Virus record (IMG/VR): IMGVR_UViG_3300001505_000001
Strand: one strand, 5' to 3'
DNA length: 64,000 nucleotides
Source: a virus
How positions within the stretch are numbered: position 1 is the stretch's first letter; every line of letters starts with the position of its first letter. The position numbers and the translations under genes were made by a program. Below, piece after piece: positions 17,252-26,850 of this stretch. The notes under the pieces were generated by a model. It saw only the letters and a program-made list of their open reading frames with translations. It ran no database searches and had not been told where the DNA came from.

Positions 17252-18185
17252 AACTCAACTTACTGCCGTCGTTAAATCGGGCAAAATCGGTGGAAAACTT
17301 TGACAATGTCTATATTTTATGATATTATATTATTAGGAGGTTAATAATATGTTTGGATATATTTATAAAACGACTAATAATATAAATGGAAAAATATATA
17401 TAGGCAAAAAGCACAGCAGCTCTTTTATTAAGGATTATTATGGAAGTGGAAAACTTATAAACAGAGCTATTGATAAGTATGGCATAGAGAATTTTAGTGT
17501 AGAGATAATAGAAGAATGTGAAACATTAGAAGAACTTAATTTAAAAGAAAAATATTATATAAAACATTTAGAATCTAATTATAAACTAGGTAAAGGATAT
17601 AATATTGCTTCTGGTGGAGATGGTGGTAATATAATCAGTTTATTACCAGAAATTGACTATAATTCCTTTATTCTTGATTGTAAAAGGAGAGCAAAAGGAA
17701 AAAATAATCCTAACTATGGAAATGGTTATAAAATATCTGGAAACAATAATCCATCTAAAAGACCTGAGGTTAGAGAAAAATTAAGTAAAGCTACTAGTGG
17801 AAAAAACAATCCAATGTATGGCAAAAAAGGAAAATTAAGTCATAGATATGGAACAAAACATTCCGAAGAAACAAAGAACAAAATAAAAGAATCTCTAAAA
17901 AATAAAGTATATAAAAAAATCTGTAAGAATTGTAACAGAGAATTTGATACTAAATATGCTAGAACTACATATTGCAGTGCTGATTGTAAAAGAAAATACC
18001 GAGATAACCATAATAAATAAAAATATTATGGTATTGTAACGCATAGGAATTGAACCTATGTTTTTTTATTAGCATAGAATATAATATTCCCACGAGGGTC
18101 CGACAGTAATATACTGAAAATGTATGCTGAACTATATGGCGACATATAGAAGTGATTGATAAAAAACTATCACGATAACAAAATG
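17252..18185 (+). mobile_element. group I intron in terL carrying a GIY-YIG homing endonuclease
   Basis: Exon halves rejoin as RMDG-RKANVFVADEVG (Walker B). P1 helix with U.G at the 5' splice site. Terminal G at 18185. Exact 3' boundary is 18185 or 18188. Confidence 0.6.
17349..18020 (+). CDS. GIY-YIG homing endonuclease (intron-encoded) with NUMOD3-like repeats
   Basis: GYIYKTTNNINGKIYIGKK (GIY...YIG), conserved R, NPxYG-type C-terminal DNA-binding repeats, C-terminal CxxC Zn finger. Strong SD ggagg. Confidence 0.8.
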   Translation: MFGYIYKTTNNINGKIYIGKKHSSSFIKDYYGSGKLINRAIDKYGIENFSVEIIEECETLEELNLKEKYYIKHLESNYKLGKGYNIASGGDGGNIISLLPEIDYNSFILDCKRRAKGKNNPNYGNGYKISGNNNPSKRPEVREKLSKATSGKNNPMYGKKGKLSHRYGTKHSEETKNKIKESLKNKVYKKICKNCNREFDTKYARTTYCSADCKRKYRDNHNK

Positions 18186-19301
18186 AGGAAAGCCAATGTC
18201 TTTGTAGCTGATGAAGTTGGAGCACTCAAAAACAGATACCCAATTGAAGCAATGGAATCATCTCAAATGAATATGATTAATAGAACAGGTATTCTTATAT
18301 CTACTGCTTATGATAGCACAGATAATCCAATGGTACAAGAAGTAGAGTATGCAGAAAAAGTATTAGATGGTTTGATTGATGACGATAGTTATTTTGCTAT
18401 GTTATTCAAACCAGATGATGTAAGAGATTGGATGTCAGATAAAACGTTATATGAATCTAATCCTTTATGTTACACTGTACCTGCTAACTATGATTATTTA
18501 GTTAAGAAAAGAAACAAAGCATTAGAAATGTCTGATGCTAAATCTAACTTTTTAACTAAACATTTAAACATATTTATTGACGGAGATATTGAAGAATCAT
18601 TTGTTACTATAGATGATTTAAGACAAGGAAAAATAGCAGAAGAAGATTTTGATTGGAATGGCAGAGAAGTTTATTTAGGCATCGACTTAGCTGAAACTGT
18701 CGACAACACTGCTGTTTCAATGGTTTATTATGATAATGATAAAGATAAGTTTTATACAAAATGTTGGTCGTTTATTCCACAAGAGAAAGCGACAGAAAAA
18801 TCAAAAAGAGAACGTATTAATTATTTCTTAATGCGTGACAAAGGTTGGGCTTTTTTATGTGGAGATAGAGTAATAAGCCAACGTTTTGTTGAAGATTACG
18901 TATTAGGAATAGAAAAAAAGTATAATGTTATAGTAAAAGGTATCGGATATGATAGACGTAATGCAATATCATCTGTAAATAGATTTATAGATGAAGGAGA
19001 TTACGAGTGTATAGAAGTAAGACAAAATAGTTCGTCGCTTGGTCCGACATTTAAAATGATGAGAGATTATATTATAGATGGCAATTTCCTTTACCAAGAA
19101 AATGAACTTTTAGAAAACAACTATAAAAATGCACGAATAACATATGATACTACAATGAATATATATGTCAATAAAAAGAAAAGTGCCGGTAAAATAGATG
19201 GTGTCTATGCTACAGCAGACGCAATGTATTTATGGAAACAAGATATTGACGACGGATTATTGGCAAGTAGTTTTGAAGATAGGGGATTATTTATTTTGTA
19301 A
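18186..19301 (+). CDS. terL: terminase large subunit, exon 2 (Walker B VFVADE plus nuclease domain)
   Basis: Continuation of TerL. In-frame stop TGA at 18153-18155 upstream excludes an independent start earlier. Combined protein about 569 aa. Confidence 0.7.
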   Translation, partial: RKANVFVADEVGALKNRYPIEAMESSQMNMINRTGILISTAYDSTDNPMVQEVEYAEKVLDGLIDDDSYFAMLFKPDDVRDWMSDKTLYESNPLCYTVPANYDYLVKKRNKALEMSDAKSNFLTKHLNIFIDGDIEESFVTIDDLRQGKIAEEDFDWNGREVYLGIDLAETVDNTAVSMVYYDNDKDKFYTKCWSFIPQEKATEKSKRERINYFLMRDKGWAFLCGDRVISQRFVEDYVLGIEKKYNVIVKGIGYDRRNAISSVNRFIDEGDYECIEVRQNSSSLGPTFKMMRDYIIDGNFLYQENELLENNYKNARITYDTTMNIYVNKKKSAGKIDGVYATADAMYLWKQDIDDGLLASSFEDRGLFIL

Positions 19302-19314
19302 AGGAGGTACATAA

Positions 19315-20790
19315 ATGGGATTGATTGATGATTTAATGAAACAGTTTTCAAACAATCAAAATAATCAAAAAAAACAACAATTAAATAATATGTATGGTAA
19401 TGTAAATTCAGCTATTGTTGGTACTTCCTCTGGTGGTTCATCAAAGTTTACAGAAGAAGAAGCTCTTTCAATATCCTCTGTAGCAGCAGCAACAGATTTA
19501 ATAACATCTACTATTGCTAGATTGCCAGTAAGATTGTATAAAAAAGGTTCAAAAGGAGAATATATTTCTTTAGATGATGATAAAAGAGTATTTTTATTAA
19601 ATAAAGAACCTAATACAACATTAACTGCTATTACATTAAAAAAACGTATTATACTTGATTATCTTTTTCATGGAAATTCATATATATATCCAGAATGGAA
19701 TAGAAATGAATTAATGGGATTACACCATATACCAGCTAAAAATGTTTTTGTTGAAAGATATGTAGATGAAAATATACCATTTGCTGTTAAAGGTCAATTT
19801 GAAGTTTTAGGAGCAGACGCCCAAAAAATTACTTTATTACCCGACGAGTTAATGATTGTATTAAAAAATTCTGATAACGGATTAGATTCAAAAGGTATAT
19901 TAGACCTTAATTCAGAATTATTGCAACTTGCATTAAACCAACAACAATATAGTTCTTCTATACTAGAAAATGGTGCACTACCATTAGCTGTATTGACTAC
20001 ACCATCTCGGGTTACGGATAAAGCAATGGCAAAAATTAAACAAAGCTGGGAAAGTATTTATAAAGGTGGAAAAAATGCTGGTAAGACAGTTGTTTTAGAA
20101 GAAGGTATGGATTATAAACCAGTGTCTCTTAACCCTAATGAATTAGATTTAAGTACAAGTAAAGAAGCTGTGTTATCAGATATTGCAAGAGTTTTTGGTA
20201 TTCCAGAATCAATGCTTAATGCAGATGCAAATAAGTATAATTCCAATGAGCAAAACAACTTGCATTTCTTACAGTATACATTAGACCCAATTATCACAGC
20301 ACTTGAAAGCGCATTAAATAAATCTTTATTGTTAGAATCTGAAAAAGACCAAGGTTACAGTTTTCAAGTTGACAGAGATTCAATATTGGCAACTACAGAA
20401 GCAGAGAAATTTGCTACTACTATCCAAGCAATGAAAGGCGGATTAATCTCTGTAAACGAAGCAAGAGCTAGACATAACCTTAAACAAATAACTGACGACT
20501 ACATGATGTGGGGTCTAGGAAACATTTTCTACAACAAAGAAGATAGTAAAATGACTATCCCAAATATGGGTGCTATTATTGACCCTAATGACCCAGAAAG
20601 TGTAGCAAAAGCTATGAATAAAGATTCTGAACAAGTTAGTAATGATTTAAAAGATAAACAAAAAGAGCAAGAAGAAGAGAATACTGATAAAGACAACAGC
20701 GAAGAAAAAACCGATGATGAGATGAATGAAGATAAAAAAGACAAAGATAAAAAATCTAACAAGGATAAGGATATAAAAGAAGATAAATAA
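19315..20790 (+). CDS. portal protein (HK97-like family) with K/D/E-rich C-terminal tail
   Basis: Size 491 aa, position after terL, portal-family sequence features. Acidic/lysine-rich C-terminus. Confidence 0.8.
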   Translation: MGLIDDLMKQFSNNQNNQKKQQLNNMYGNVNSAIVGTSSGGSSKFTEEEALSISSVAAATDLITSTIARLPVRLYKKGSKGEYISLDDDKRVFLLNKEPNTTLTAITLKKRIILDYLFHGNSYIYPEWNRNELMGLHHIPAKNVFVERYVDENIPFAVKGQFEVLGADAQKITLLPDELMIVLKNSDNGLDSKGILDLNSELLQLALNQQQYSSSILENGALPLAVLTTPSRVTDKAMAKIKQSWESIYKGGKNAGKTVVLEEGMDYKPVSLNPNELDLSTSKEAVLSDIARVFGIPESMLNADANKYNSNEQNNLHFLQYTLDPIITALESALNKSLLLESEKDQGYSFQVDRDSILATTEAEKFATTIQAMKGGLISVNEARARHNLKQITDDYMMWGLGNIFYNKEDSKMTIPNMGAIIDPNDPESVAKAMNKDSEQVSNDLKDKQKEQEEENTDKDNSEEKTDDEMNEDKKDKDKKSNKDKDIKEDK

Positions 20791-20815
20791 CTTTTATATA
20801 AGAGAGGTTAGATAA

Positions 20816-21952
20816 ATGGCTAAAGTGGAATTTAGAATGCACGATGCCAAAATGACTAGCGAAGGAGACATGATTGTTGCTGGTTATGTAAACCAAACAG
20901 AACAATTTAGTCAAGAGCTAGGACTGGCAAAACGCTTTAAAGAAAAAATTTCAAAAGGTGCATTCCAACGTGCCATTTCAAAATCAGATAGAGATATTGA
21001 TTTCTTAGCAGAACATGATAGCTCAGTTGTTTTAGCTTCTACTAAGAACGGAACTTTAGACTTAAAAGAAGACGATAAAGGTCTTTATATGGAAGCAAGA
21101 GTTATTAATACTTCTGCTGGTCGAGATTGGTATGAAATGATTAGTTCTGGACTAATTACTAACATGTCATTCGGTTTCCAATCTATCAATGATGAGTGGC
21201 GTTCAGTTGGAGAGAACCTTTTCGAGAGAACGATTAATGATTTAGAATTATTTGAAGTATCAGCTGTTAGAAATCCAGCTTATGCTCAATCAAGTATCTC
21301 AAATCGTGGACTTGACACTTCTGACGAAGATATAGTCCCAGAAGACATTGAGGAGGAAAATGTAATGGAACAACGTACAGCAGACCAATTGCTTACAGCA
21401 ATTTCTGAACTTACTAATGAAGTAAGAGAATTACGTGGAACATTAGGTACAGATAAAGACGGTAAAACTGTAAATGTACAAAAAGATAATTATGCAGCAG
21501 GTCAACAAACATCTGCACAAGCAGAATCAGATTCAGACCATAAAAGAATTAAAGCAGATGAAGAAAATGGTAAATATGCTGGAGATAAAGAAATCGACGG
21601 CAAAGGTTCATATAACCATGACAAAAAAGTTCCATCTGGTAAAGATGATGGTACTGTAGAAAATGAACCAGAATCACAATCTGGAAAAACAGCTTATTAT
21701 GATGGTTCATTGCCAGAAGATGTTCCTGGAGAACAAAACGGAGAAGATGGAAAACAAGGACGTGTTCAAGAAGATAAAGACACTTCTTCTAGTCAAACAG
21801 GTTCACAAGACGACACATCTTCATCTTCTACATCTGAAAAACAAGATGATAAAACACAATCTGACAGCACTTCAACAAGTCAAGGCGAAGGACGTTCTAT
21901 TTCGTTCGCAGAAGCACAAAGACGAATTGAAGAATTACGTGGAGGTAAGTAA
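20816..21952 (+). CDS. prohead protease (HK97 family) fused to a low-complexity S/T/D/K-rich C-terminal extension (scaffold-like)
   Basis: N-terminal about 180 aa with HK97 prohead protease features. Position between portal and MCP. Confidence 0.7.
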   Translation: MAKVEFRMHDAKMTSEGDMIVAGYVNQTEQFSQELGLAKRFKEKISKGAFQRAISKSDRDIDFLAEHDSSVVLASTKNGTLDLKEDDKGLYMEARVINTSAGRDWYEMISSGLITNMSFGFQSINDEWRSVGENLFERTINDLELFEVSAVRNPAYAQSSISNRGLDTSDEDIVPEDIEEENVMEQRTADQLLTAISELTNEVRELRGTLGTDKDGKTVNVQKDNYAAGQQTSAQAESDSDHKRIKADEENGKYAGDKEIDGKGSYNHDKKVPSGKDDGTVENEPESQSGKTAYYDGSLPEDVPGEQNGEDGKQGRVQEDKDTSSSQTGSQDDTSSSSTSEKQDDKTQSDSTSTSQGEGRSISFAEAQRRIEELRGGK

Positions 21953-21954
21953 TA

Positions 21955-23115
21955 ATGGAATTAAAAGAGCTTAGAGAACAACGTAACAGCTTGTTAGACA
22001 AAATGGACGAAATTACTTACAAAGTGAATGAAAATGGCACTGGTAAGGAATCACGCAATTTAACAAGCAAAGAATCAGAAGAATTTGAAAAACTAGTAAA
22101 TGAAGTAAGAACAATTGATTCACAAATTAATGAATTAAAAAATACAAAAGGACAAAAAGTGGAGGAAAGAGAAATGGCAGACAATAAATTAGTAGAACAA
22201 CGTTCCGCTTTAAACTCATTCATTCGTAACGATAGAAAAGGTTTAGAGGAACGTGCTCAATATGTAAACACAACAAATGATGGCGATGTTTTAATCCCAG
22301 AACAAATCGCTGATGAAATCTTACGTAAAATGGAAGAAGCGTCTCCAGTATTCGAACAAGCTCGTAAATACCCATCAGTTAATGGTACTTTGAAAATCGC
22401 TAAAGAAAACACTGACGACCAAGCAGGTTTCGTTGGAGAAAACGAAGAAATTCCAAGTATCGCATTAAAATTCAAACATGTTACTTTAACTCAAAAACGT
22501 GTTGGTGCAGCAGTTACTTTAACTCAACAATTGTTAAACGATTCTGCAATGGATTTATTAAGTTATTCAGCTGACCTTTTAGCACGTCGTACAGCTCGTG
22601 CAGTTGAAAAATCAATCTTTAAAGGTTTAGGTCAAGAAAGAGGATTCGTAGGTATTTTATCTAACGAAGTAACTGATTCAGAAGATTTAAACAAAGTAAA
22701 AATTTCTGCGAATGTTACTGTAGAAGAATTAGCTGACATTACTGGTTCATTAAACCCAGCTTACTTAGACGGCGCAGCTTTCTACATGTCACGTGAAGTA
22801 TTTAACGGAATCCGTAAATTGAAAGACGGTACAGGAGATTTCTTATTACAAAATGGTACAGTCAATGGTGTTATTGGTTCTACTATTTTAGGTTTCCCTG
22901 TATACGTATCTGATGTTTTAGATAAAAAAGATGGAATCATCTTTGGTAACATTGGTGCTGCTTATGGTATCATGGTTAAACAAGGATTCTCTCTTAAACA
23001 TGTTAACGGAGATACACAACAAACATTAAATGGTACACAATTACTAGCATTCGACGGTTATATGGACGGTAACGTTATTAACCCAGAAGCTATTACACTT
23101 GCAAATACTAAGTAA
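21955..23115 (+). CDS. major capsid protein (HK97 fold)
   Basis: 386 aa. N-terminal coiled-coil delta-domain-like region then capsid domain. Followed by a strong terminator hairpin (23120-23150). Confidence 0.8.
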   Translation: MELKELREQRNSLLDKMDEITYKVNENGTGKESRNLTSKESEEFEKLVNEVRTIDSQINELKNTKGQKVEEREMADNKLVEQRSALNSFIRNDRKGLEERAQYVNTTNDGDVLIPEQIADEILRKMEEASPVFEQARKYPSVNGTLKIAKENTDDQAGFVGENEEIPSIALKFKHVTLTQKRVGAAVTLTQQLLNDSAMDLLSYSADLLARRTARAVEKSIFKGLGQERGFVGILSNEVTDSEDLNKVKISANVTVEELADITGSLNPAYLDGAAFYMSREVFNGIRKLKDGTGDFLLQNGTVNGVIGSTILGFPVYVSDVLDKKDGIIFGNIGAAYGIMVKQGFSLKHVNGDTQQTLNGTQLLAFDGYMDGNVINPEAITLANTK

Positions 23116-23119
23116 TTGT

Positions 23120-23152
23120 AGTATAGACGACGAGAAGGTTTTACTTTCTCGT
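23120..23152 (+). terminator. terminator hairpin gacgagaaggttttactttctcgtc after MCP
   Basis: 9-bp stem directly after the MCP stop. Confidence 0.45.
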
Positions 23153-23182
23153 CATATACATATTTGAAGGGAGAAGGTAAAA

Positions 23183-23407
23183 ATGTTAAGAGTTTTATTC
23201 TTCCAAGATACTTACTTATCTGATTATAACACAGCTAGGAGAGTAGGTCAAGAAATAGACCTGCAATTTGATATGGCTTACGAACTTTACAGAGAAGGTA
23301 AGGCAGATATTTTAAACCCATATTATAACAAAGATTTATTTAAAGATATAGAAAGATACGATAAAGATTGGGAAAGATTTATAAGATTAGAGGGGGATAG
23401 ACCATGA
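23183..23407 (+). CDS. hypothetical head-associated protein (74 aa)
   Basis: ORF with SD gaagggagaagg. Overlaps the next start by 4 nt. Confidence 0.4.
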   Translation: MLRVLFFQDTYLSDYNTARRVGQEIDLQFDMAYELYREGKADILNPYYNKDLFKDIERYDKDWERFIRLEGDRP

Positions 23408-23907
23408 CCGATTCACTAGAATTAAACTATGTGAAAAATTATCTCCGTGTTGATTATGACGAAGAACAAGAAGATAAATTTATACAAATGTGTATAACTG
23501 CTTCACGTTCTTTTGTAGAAACCTATATGAATAGGTCTCTTAGCGATTTCAACGAAGATGGTAGTTATCCAGCTGAAATAGATATTGCAAGACTTAACGT
23601 TATATCACAGTGGTATGACACTAGAACTATAATGTCTCCACGTTCAAACGTTAAAGAAATGGAATATGTATTTGCAGGATTGCTAGACCCACACAGATAT
23701 TGGAACTTTGCATTTATTGATGGAATGCAAGAAAGTGGTCTTGGAGATTTATCAAATATCTTTTATGACAAATCAGCTAACAGATTCTATAGAGCACAAC
23801 AAGTTGATACTTATACAGCATTAACTGGAGAAGACAATACTAATGTTCCTAATACAGGATTTTATAAACCTGTAAATGAAGTTGATTATAATCAAAGGGG
23901 GAAATAG
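23404..23907 (+). CDS. head-tail connector (gp6-like, Phage_connect_1-like)
   Basis: N-terminus LELNYVKNYLRVDYDEEQEDKFIQ matches the head-tail connector family start. Confidence 0.65.
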   Translation: MTDSLELNYVKNYLRVDYDEEQEDKFIQMCITASRSFVETYMNRSLSDFNEDGSYPAEIDIARLNVISQWYDTRTIMSPRSNVKEMEYVFAGLLDPHRYWNFAFIDGMQESGLGDLSNIFYDKSANRFYRAQQVDTYTALTGEDNTNVPNTGFYKPVNEVDYNQRGK

Positions 23908-23910
23908 ATA

Positions 23911-24246
23911 ATGCCTTTGTTAAATGATGCTGGAAAATTAAATCAACGTTGTACTTTTTATTCTATGCAAGAAGTTGAAACTATAAGAGGTAACACCAAA
24001 ACTGTAGAAAAAGAAGAATTTTCTTGTTGGTGTACTATTAGACAAGCTAGAATAAGTGAAGTTCAAGCTGCTATAGGAACTGAACATATAAATAGACAAA
24101 CTCTTATCGTTAGAAGACAGCAAAGAAAAGAGATAAAAAACGATTGGACTGTAAAAGTAAAAGGTCAAATGTTCGATATAGTAAGTGTTGTACCAGATTA
24201 TGAAACAGAAATGCACGACATGATTGTTCTAAAGGAAAAACATTAA
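23911..24246 (+). CDS. head closure / head-tail adaptor protein
   Basis: Size and position in the conserved connector gene order. Confidence 0.55.
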   Translation: MPLLNDAGKLNQRCTFYSMQEVETIRGNTKTVEKEEFSCWCTIRQARISEVQAAIGTEHINRQTLIVRRQQRKEIKNDWTVKVKGQMFDIVSVVPDYETEMHDMIVLKEKH

Positions 24247-24662
24247 TGGCTAAAGATGGAACAATAATAACAATCAAAGATTCTGGTATTTCTGATGAGT
24301 TAGCGAGATTGGCACGAAATGTACCTAAAGTTAGAAATAAAGCGTTAAGAGAAGGTGCTAAACAGTTTGCCGAAGAAGTAGAAGCTGTGACACCCGTAGG
24401 ACCACCACGTTCGTCAAATAAATATGGTGGTAAATGGTATTCTACTGTTCATATGAAAGATGACGTAAAATATCAAAAACTACAAGACGAAAGATATATT
24501 GTGGGATATGGTAAAGCTACTGGTTGGCGTGCTCATTTTATTAACGATGGTACTATATATATACAACCAACATTCTTTTTTAATAAAGTGGTAGATGCTA
24601 AACTAGGTAACTCATATACAACTATAGAAAATATATTAAGAAGAGAGTTGTTTATGAAATGA
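24246..24662 (+). CDS. tail-component protein (HK97 gp10-like)
   Basis: Overlapping start ATGa. Conserved position. Confidence 0.5.
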   Translation: MAKDGTIITIKDSGISDELARLARNVPKVRNKALREGAKQFAEEVEAVTPVGPPRSSNKYGGKWYSTVHMKDDVKYQKLQDERYIVGYGKATGWRAHFINDGTIYIQPTFFFNKVVDAKLGNSYTTIENILRRELFMK

Positions 24663-25048
24663 TTAGTGTTCAATTATCAGTAAAATTAAAAAGACTTGTA
24701 GCTGAACAAGTAAAAGATATTATACCATCAAAACATGTCTACCTATATAATATTCCAGAAGATGTTGATAGATTAAAAACATTACCGTTTGTTCGTATTA
24801 ATCATATAACTTCGACAGCAACAACACATTCTAGTAACGATATTAATTTCACTAGAGAGCGTTATCAAATTCAATTCTTCTTTGATGATGAAGATGAAAG
24901 AGATATAGAAGGAATGATTATAAAAACAGACAAACAATTAAGACAATATGGTTTTTATTATTCAACGGGATATGATGGGTATGACCCAGATTTAGAAGGA
25001 GTAATAACTGTCACACGACAGTATAATTATAGAAATAAAACAGATTAA
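24659..25048 (+). CDS. tail completion protein (gp11-like)
   Basis: Position before the major tail protein. Overlapping start. Confidence 0.5.
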   Translation: MISVQLSVKLKRLVAEQVKDIIPSKHVYLYNIPEDVDRLKTLPFVRINHITSTATTHSSNDINFTRERYQIQFFFDDEDERDIEGMIIKTDKQLRQYGFYYSTGYDGYDPDLEGVITVTRQYNYRNKTD

Positions 25049-25071
25049 AAATATATAGGAGGAAATATAAT

Positions 25072-25740
25072 ATGGCATCAACAATTGGATTTAAGCGTGC
25101 GACTTTCTTTATTTATGATAAAGATGATAAAGTTGAAGACACTTATGTAGTAGAAGGTAAAGCAAATAAAGGTGGTACTACAGAGGCTAGTATCTCTGGT
25201 TTATCAGCAGAAGCTGTTAAAGTATACGCTTCAAACGTTGCATACTATGTTGCACAACGTGGTACTGGTTCAGTAGAACTATCACTATCTATTTTAGATA
25301 TTACAGATGTATTAGCTGCACGTTTATTAGGACGTACAGAAAACGAAGACGGTATTTATTTAGTAGGAGAAAATACAGAGCCACCATACGCTGGAGTTCT
25401 TATGGAATCAGCAGCACTTGACGGACAACCTATTTTCTTTGCATTGTTAAAAGGTAAATTCCGTTTAGATGAACAAAACTTAGCAACAAACGAAGACGAA
25501 TTATCTGAACCAGAAGCAGACGAATTAGAAGGTCAATTCGTAGCAGATGCTCATGGTAATACTTATGCAACTGCTCGTGGCGAAGATAAACGAGAAGCAT
25601 TAAAACAATTATTCTACAATATTGCTGGAGACGGTTCAGAAAACACTAACTCTACTCCATCTGGTCGATTAGTAGATGATAGTGAAAAACATGATGAAAC
25701 TCCAGTAGCAGATTCAGAAGAAACTACTGACACTCCCTAA
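25072..25740 (+). CDS. major tail protein
   Basis: 222 aa. Position immediately upstream of the G/GT chaperone and TMP. Strong SD aggagg. Confidence 0.7.
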   Translation: MASTIGFKRATFFIYDKDDKVEDTYVVEGKANKGGTTEASISGLSAEAVKVYASNVAYYVAQRGTGSVELSLSILDITDVLAARLLGRTENEDGIYLVGENTEPPYAGVLMESAALDGQPIFFALLKGKFRLDEQNLATNEDELSEPEADELEGQFVADAHGNTYATARGEDKREALKQLFYNIAGDGSENTNSTPSGRLVDDSEKHDETPVADSEETTDTP

Positions 25741-25849
25741 GAATGTCTCTGTATCAGCCAGAACAGATTCAGCTATAGTCGATGCAGAGTAATTTTTCAG
25801 CCCCTTAATTTGGGGCTTATACATATTTAAATAAAGGAGAAGATTATTT

Positions 25850-26194
25850 ATGGCTAAAGAAGTAACAATTAAATTAGAAGACGAGAAAGGTAAAGTACAA
25901 GAATACAAAGCAGGTAAAATTATGGCTCGTACTACACGAGATGCTATGAAGATGTACTCAAAATTAGAAGAAGTAGATAAGAACGGTAATCCAGTAGTAT
26001 CAGAAGCAGAATCTTTTGACATGATGATTGATTTAGTAGCAAACTCTATTTTCAAAAAGAATGACGAAGTAACAGAAGACACTATTCTTGACGGATTAAC
26101 TTCTGATGAAGTTGCTACTGTACTACAAGAAGTAATCATGTCTGCTATGGGTATTTCAGACGAAGACGTCGAAGAAGCTAAAGAGGGAAAGTAG
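25850..26194 (+). CDS. tail assembly chaperone (gpG-like)
   Basis: Acidic 114-aa protein between MTP and TMP. Ends ...EEAKEGK at a slippery site. Confidence 0.7.
   Translation: MAKEVTIKLEDEKGKVQEYKAGKIMARTTRDAMKMYSKLEEVDKNGNPVVSEAESFDMMIDLVANSIFKKNDEVTEDTILDGLTSDEVATVLQEVIMSAMGISDEDVEEAKEGK
26185..26191 (+). other. -1 programmed frameshift slippery heptamer G GGA AAG (gpG to gpGT)
   Basis: XXXYYYZ heptamer in the G frame just before the stop. The -1 frame is open from 26182 to 26433, giving a G-T fusion product (25850..26190 + 26190..26433). Confidence 0.55.
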
Positions 26195-26433
26195 AAACAT
26201 TTTCCTGGACAAAGACGTATTACCAATATAATGAAATGATTGGTACATTAATAAAAGATTATGGTTTTCGTTGGTCTGATTTTGATGATATGACTGACGA
26301 AGACTTGCACGATATTGTAAATGCAAAAGCAGAATACAAAAAGAAAAGACAACAAAACCAAGAAAACAAACAAAATAACGTTTCTCCAGAAAATTCTTTG
26401 GAGGCTTTCTTGAAATCAAACGGATTACTATAA
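26190..26433 (+). CDS. gpT-like extension produced by -1 frameshift (G-T fusion C-terminal part)
   Basis: Open -1 frame overlapping the G stop. Canonical position. Confidence 0.5.
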
Positions 26434-26850
26434 ATAAAAATAATAGGAGGGGTAAGGTATCTAACAAACAGATACTTTGCCCCTGTTTATTTTTTTGTAT
26501 AATTTAAGACAATAAAAGGTAGATTTTACGTTAACAATGTTCGGATTCTGGTTCTTCAACAGTAATGATTTCATAGTCTTTTACAACAAAAGACGAATTA
26601 TCAGCGAATCTTTTAGCGTCTTGTTCGATATTAAACCATACAGCATCAATAATATTTGTTATCCAACGTTTGTTGCCGTTGTCATCAACACTAAAGTATA
26701 AATATTCTCCATTGAGTTTTTTATAACCAATTACATAAAAATCAGTAAACATTTTAAAACCTCTTTCTTTAATTTGTTAACTTTATTATAGCATACATAT
26801 TTATATTGTCAACACATTTATACATATTTTTTATAAGGAGTGAAAAATAC

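Noticed and set aside
18156-18185. Independent start (TTG at 18156) for the 381-aa ORF, i.e. a stand-alone second terminase-like protein
   Set aside because: The ORF begins with a non-ATG codon right after an in-frame TGA, lacks an SD, and starts exactly at the Walker B of TerL. It is better explained as exon 2 of the intron-split terL.
21474-21974. Two + strand ORFs (21474-21659, 21663-21974) overlapping the C-terminal part of the prohead protease gene
   Set aside because: They are an alternative frame of the K/E-rich low-complexity protease extension. K/M/H-rich nonsense composition.
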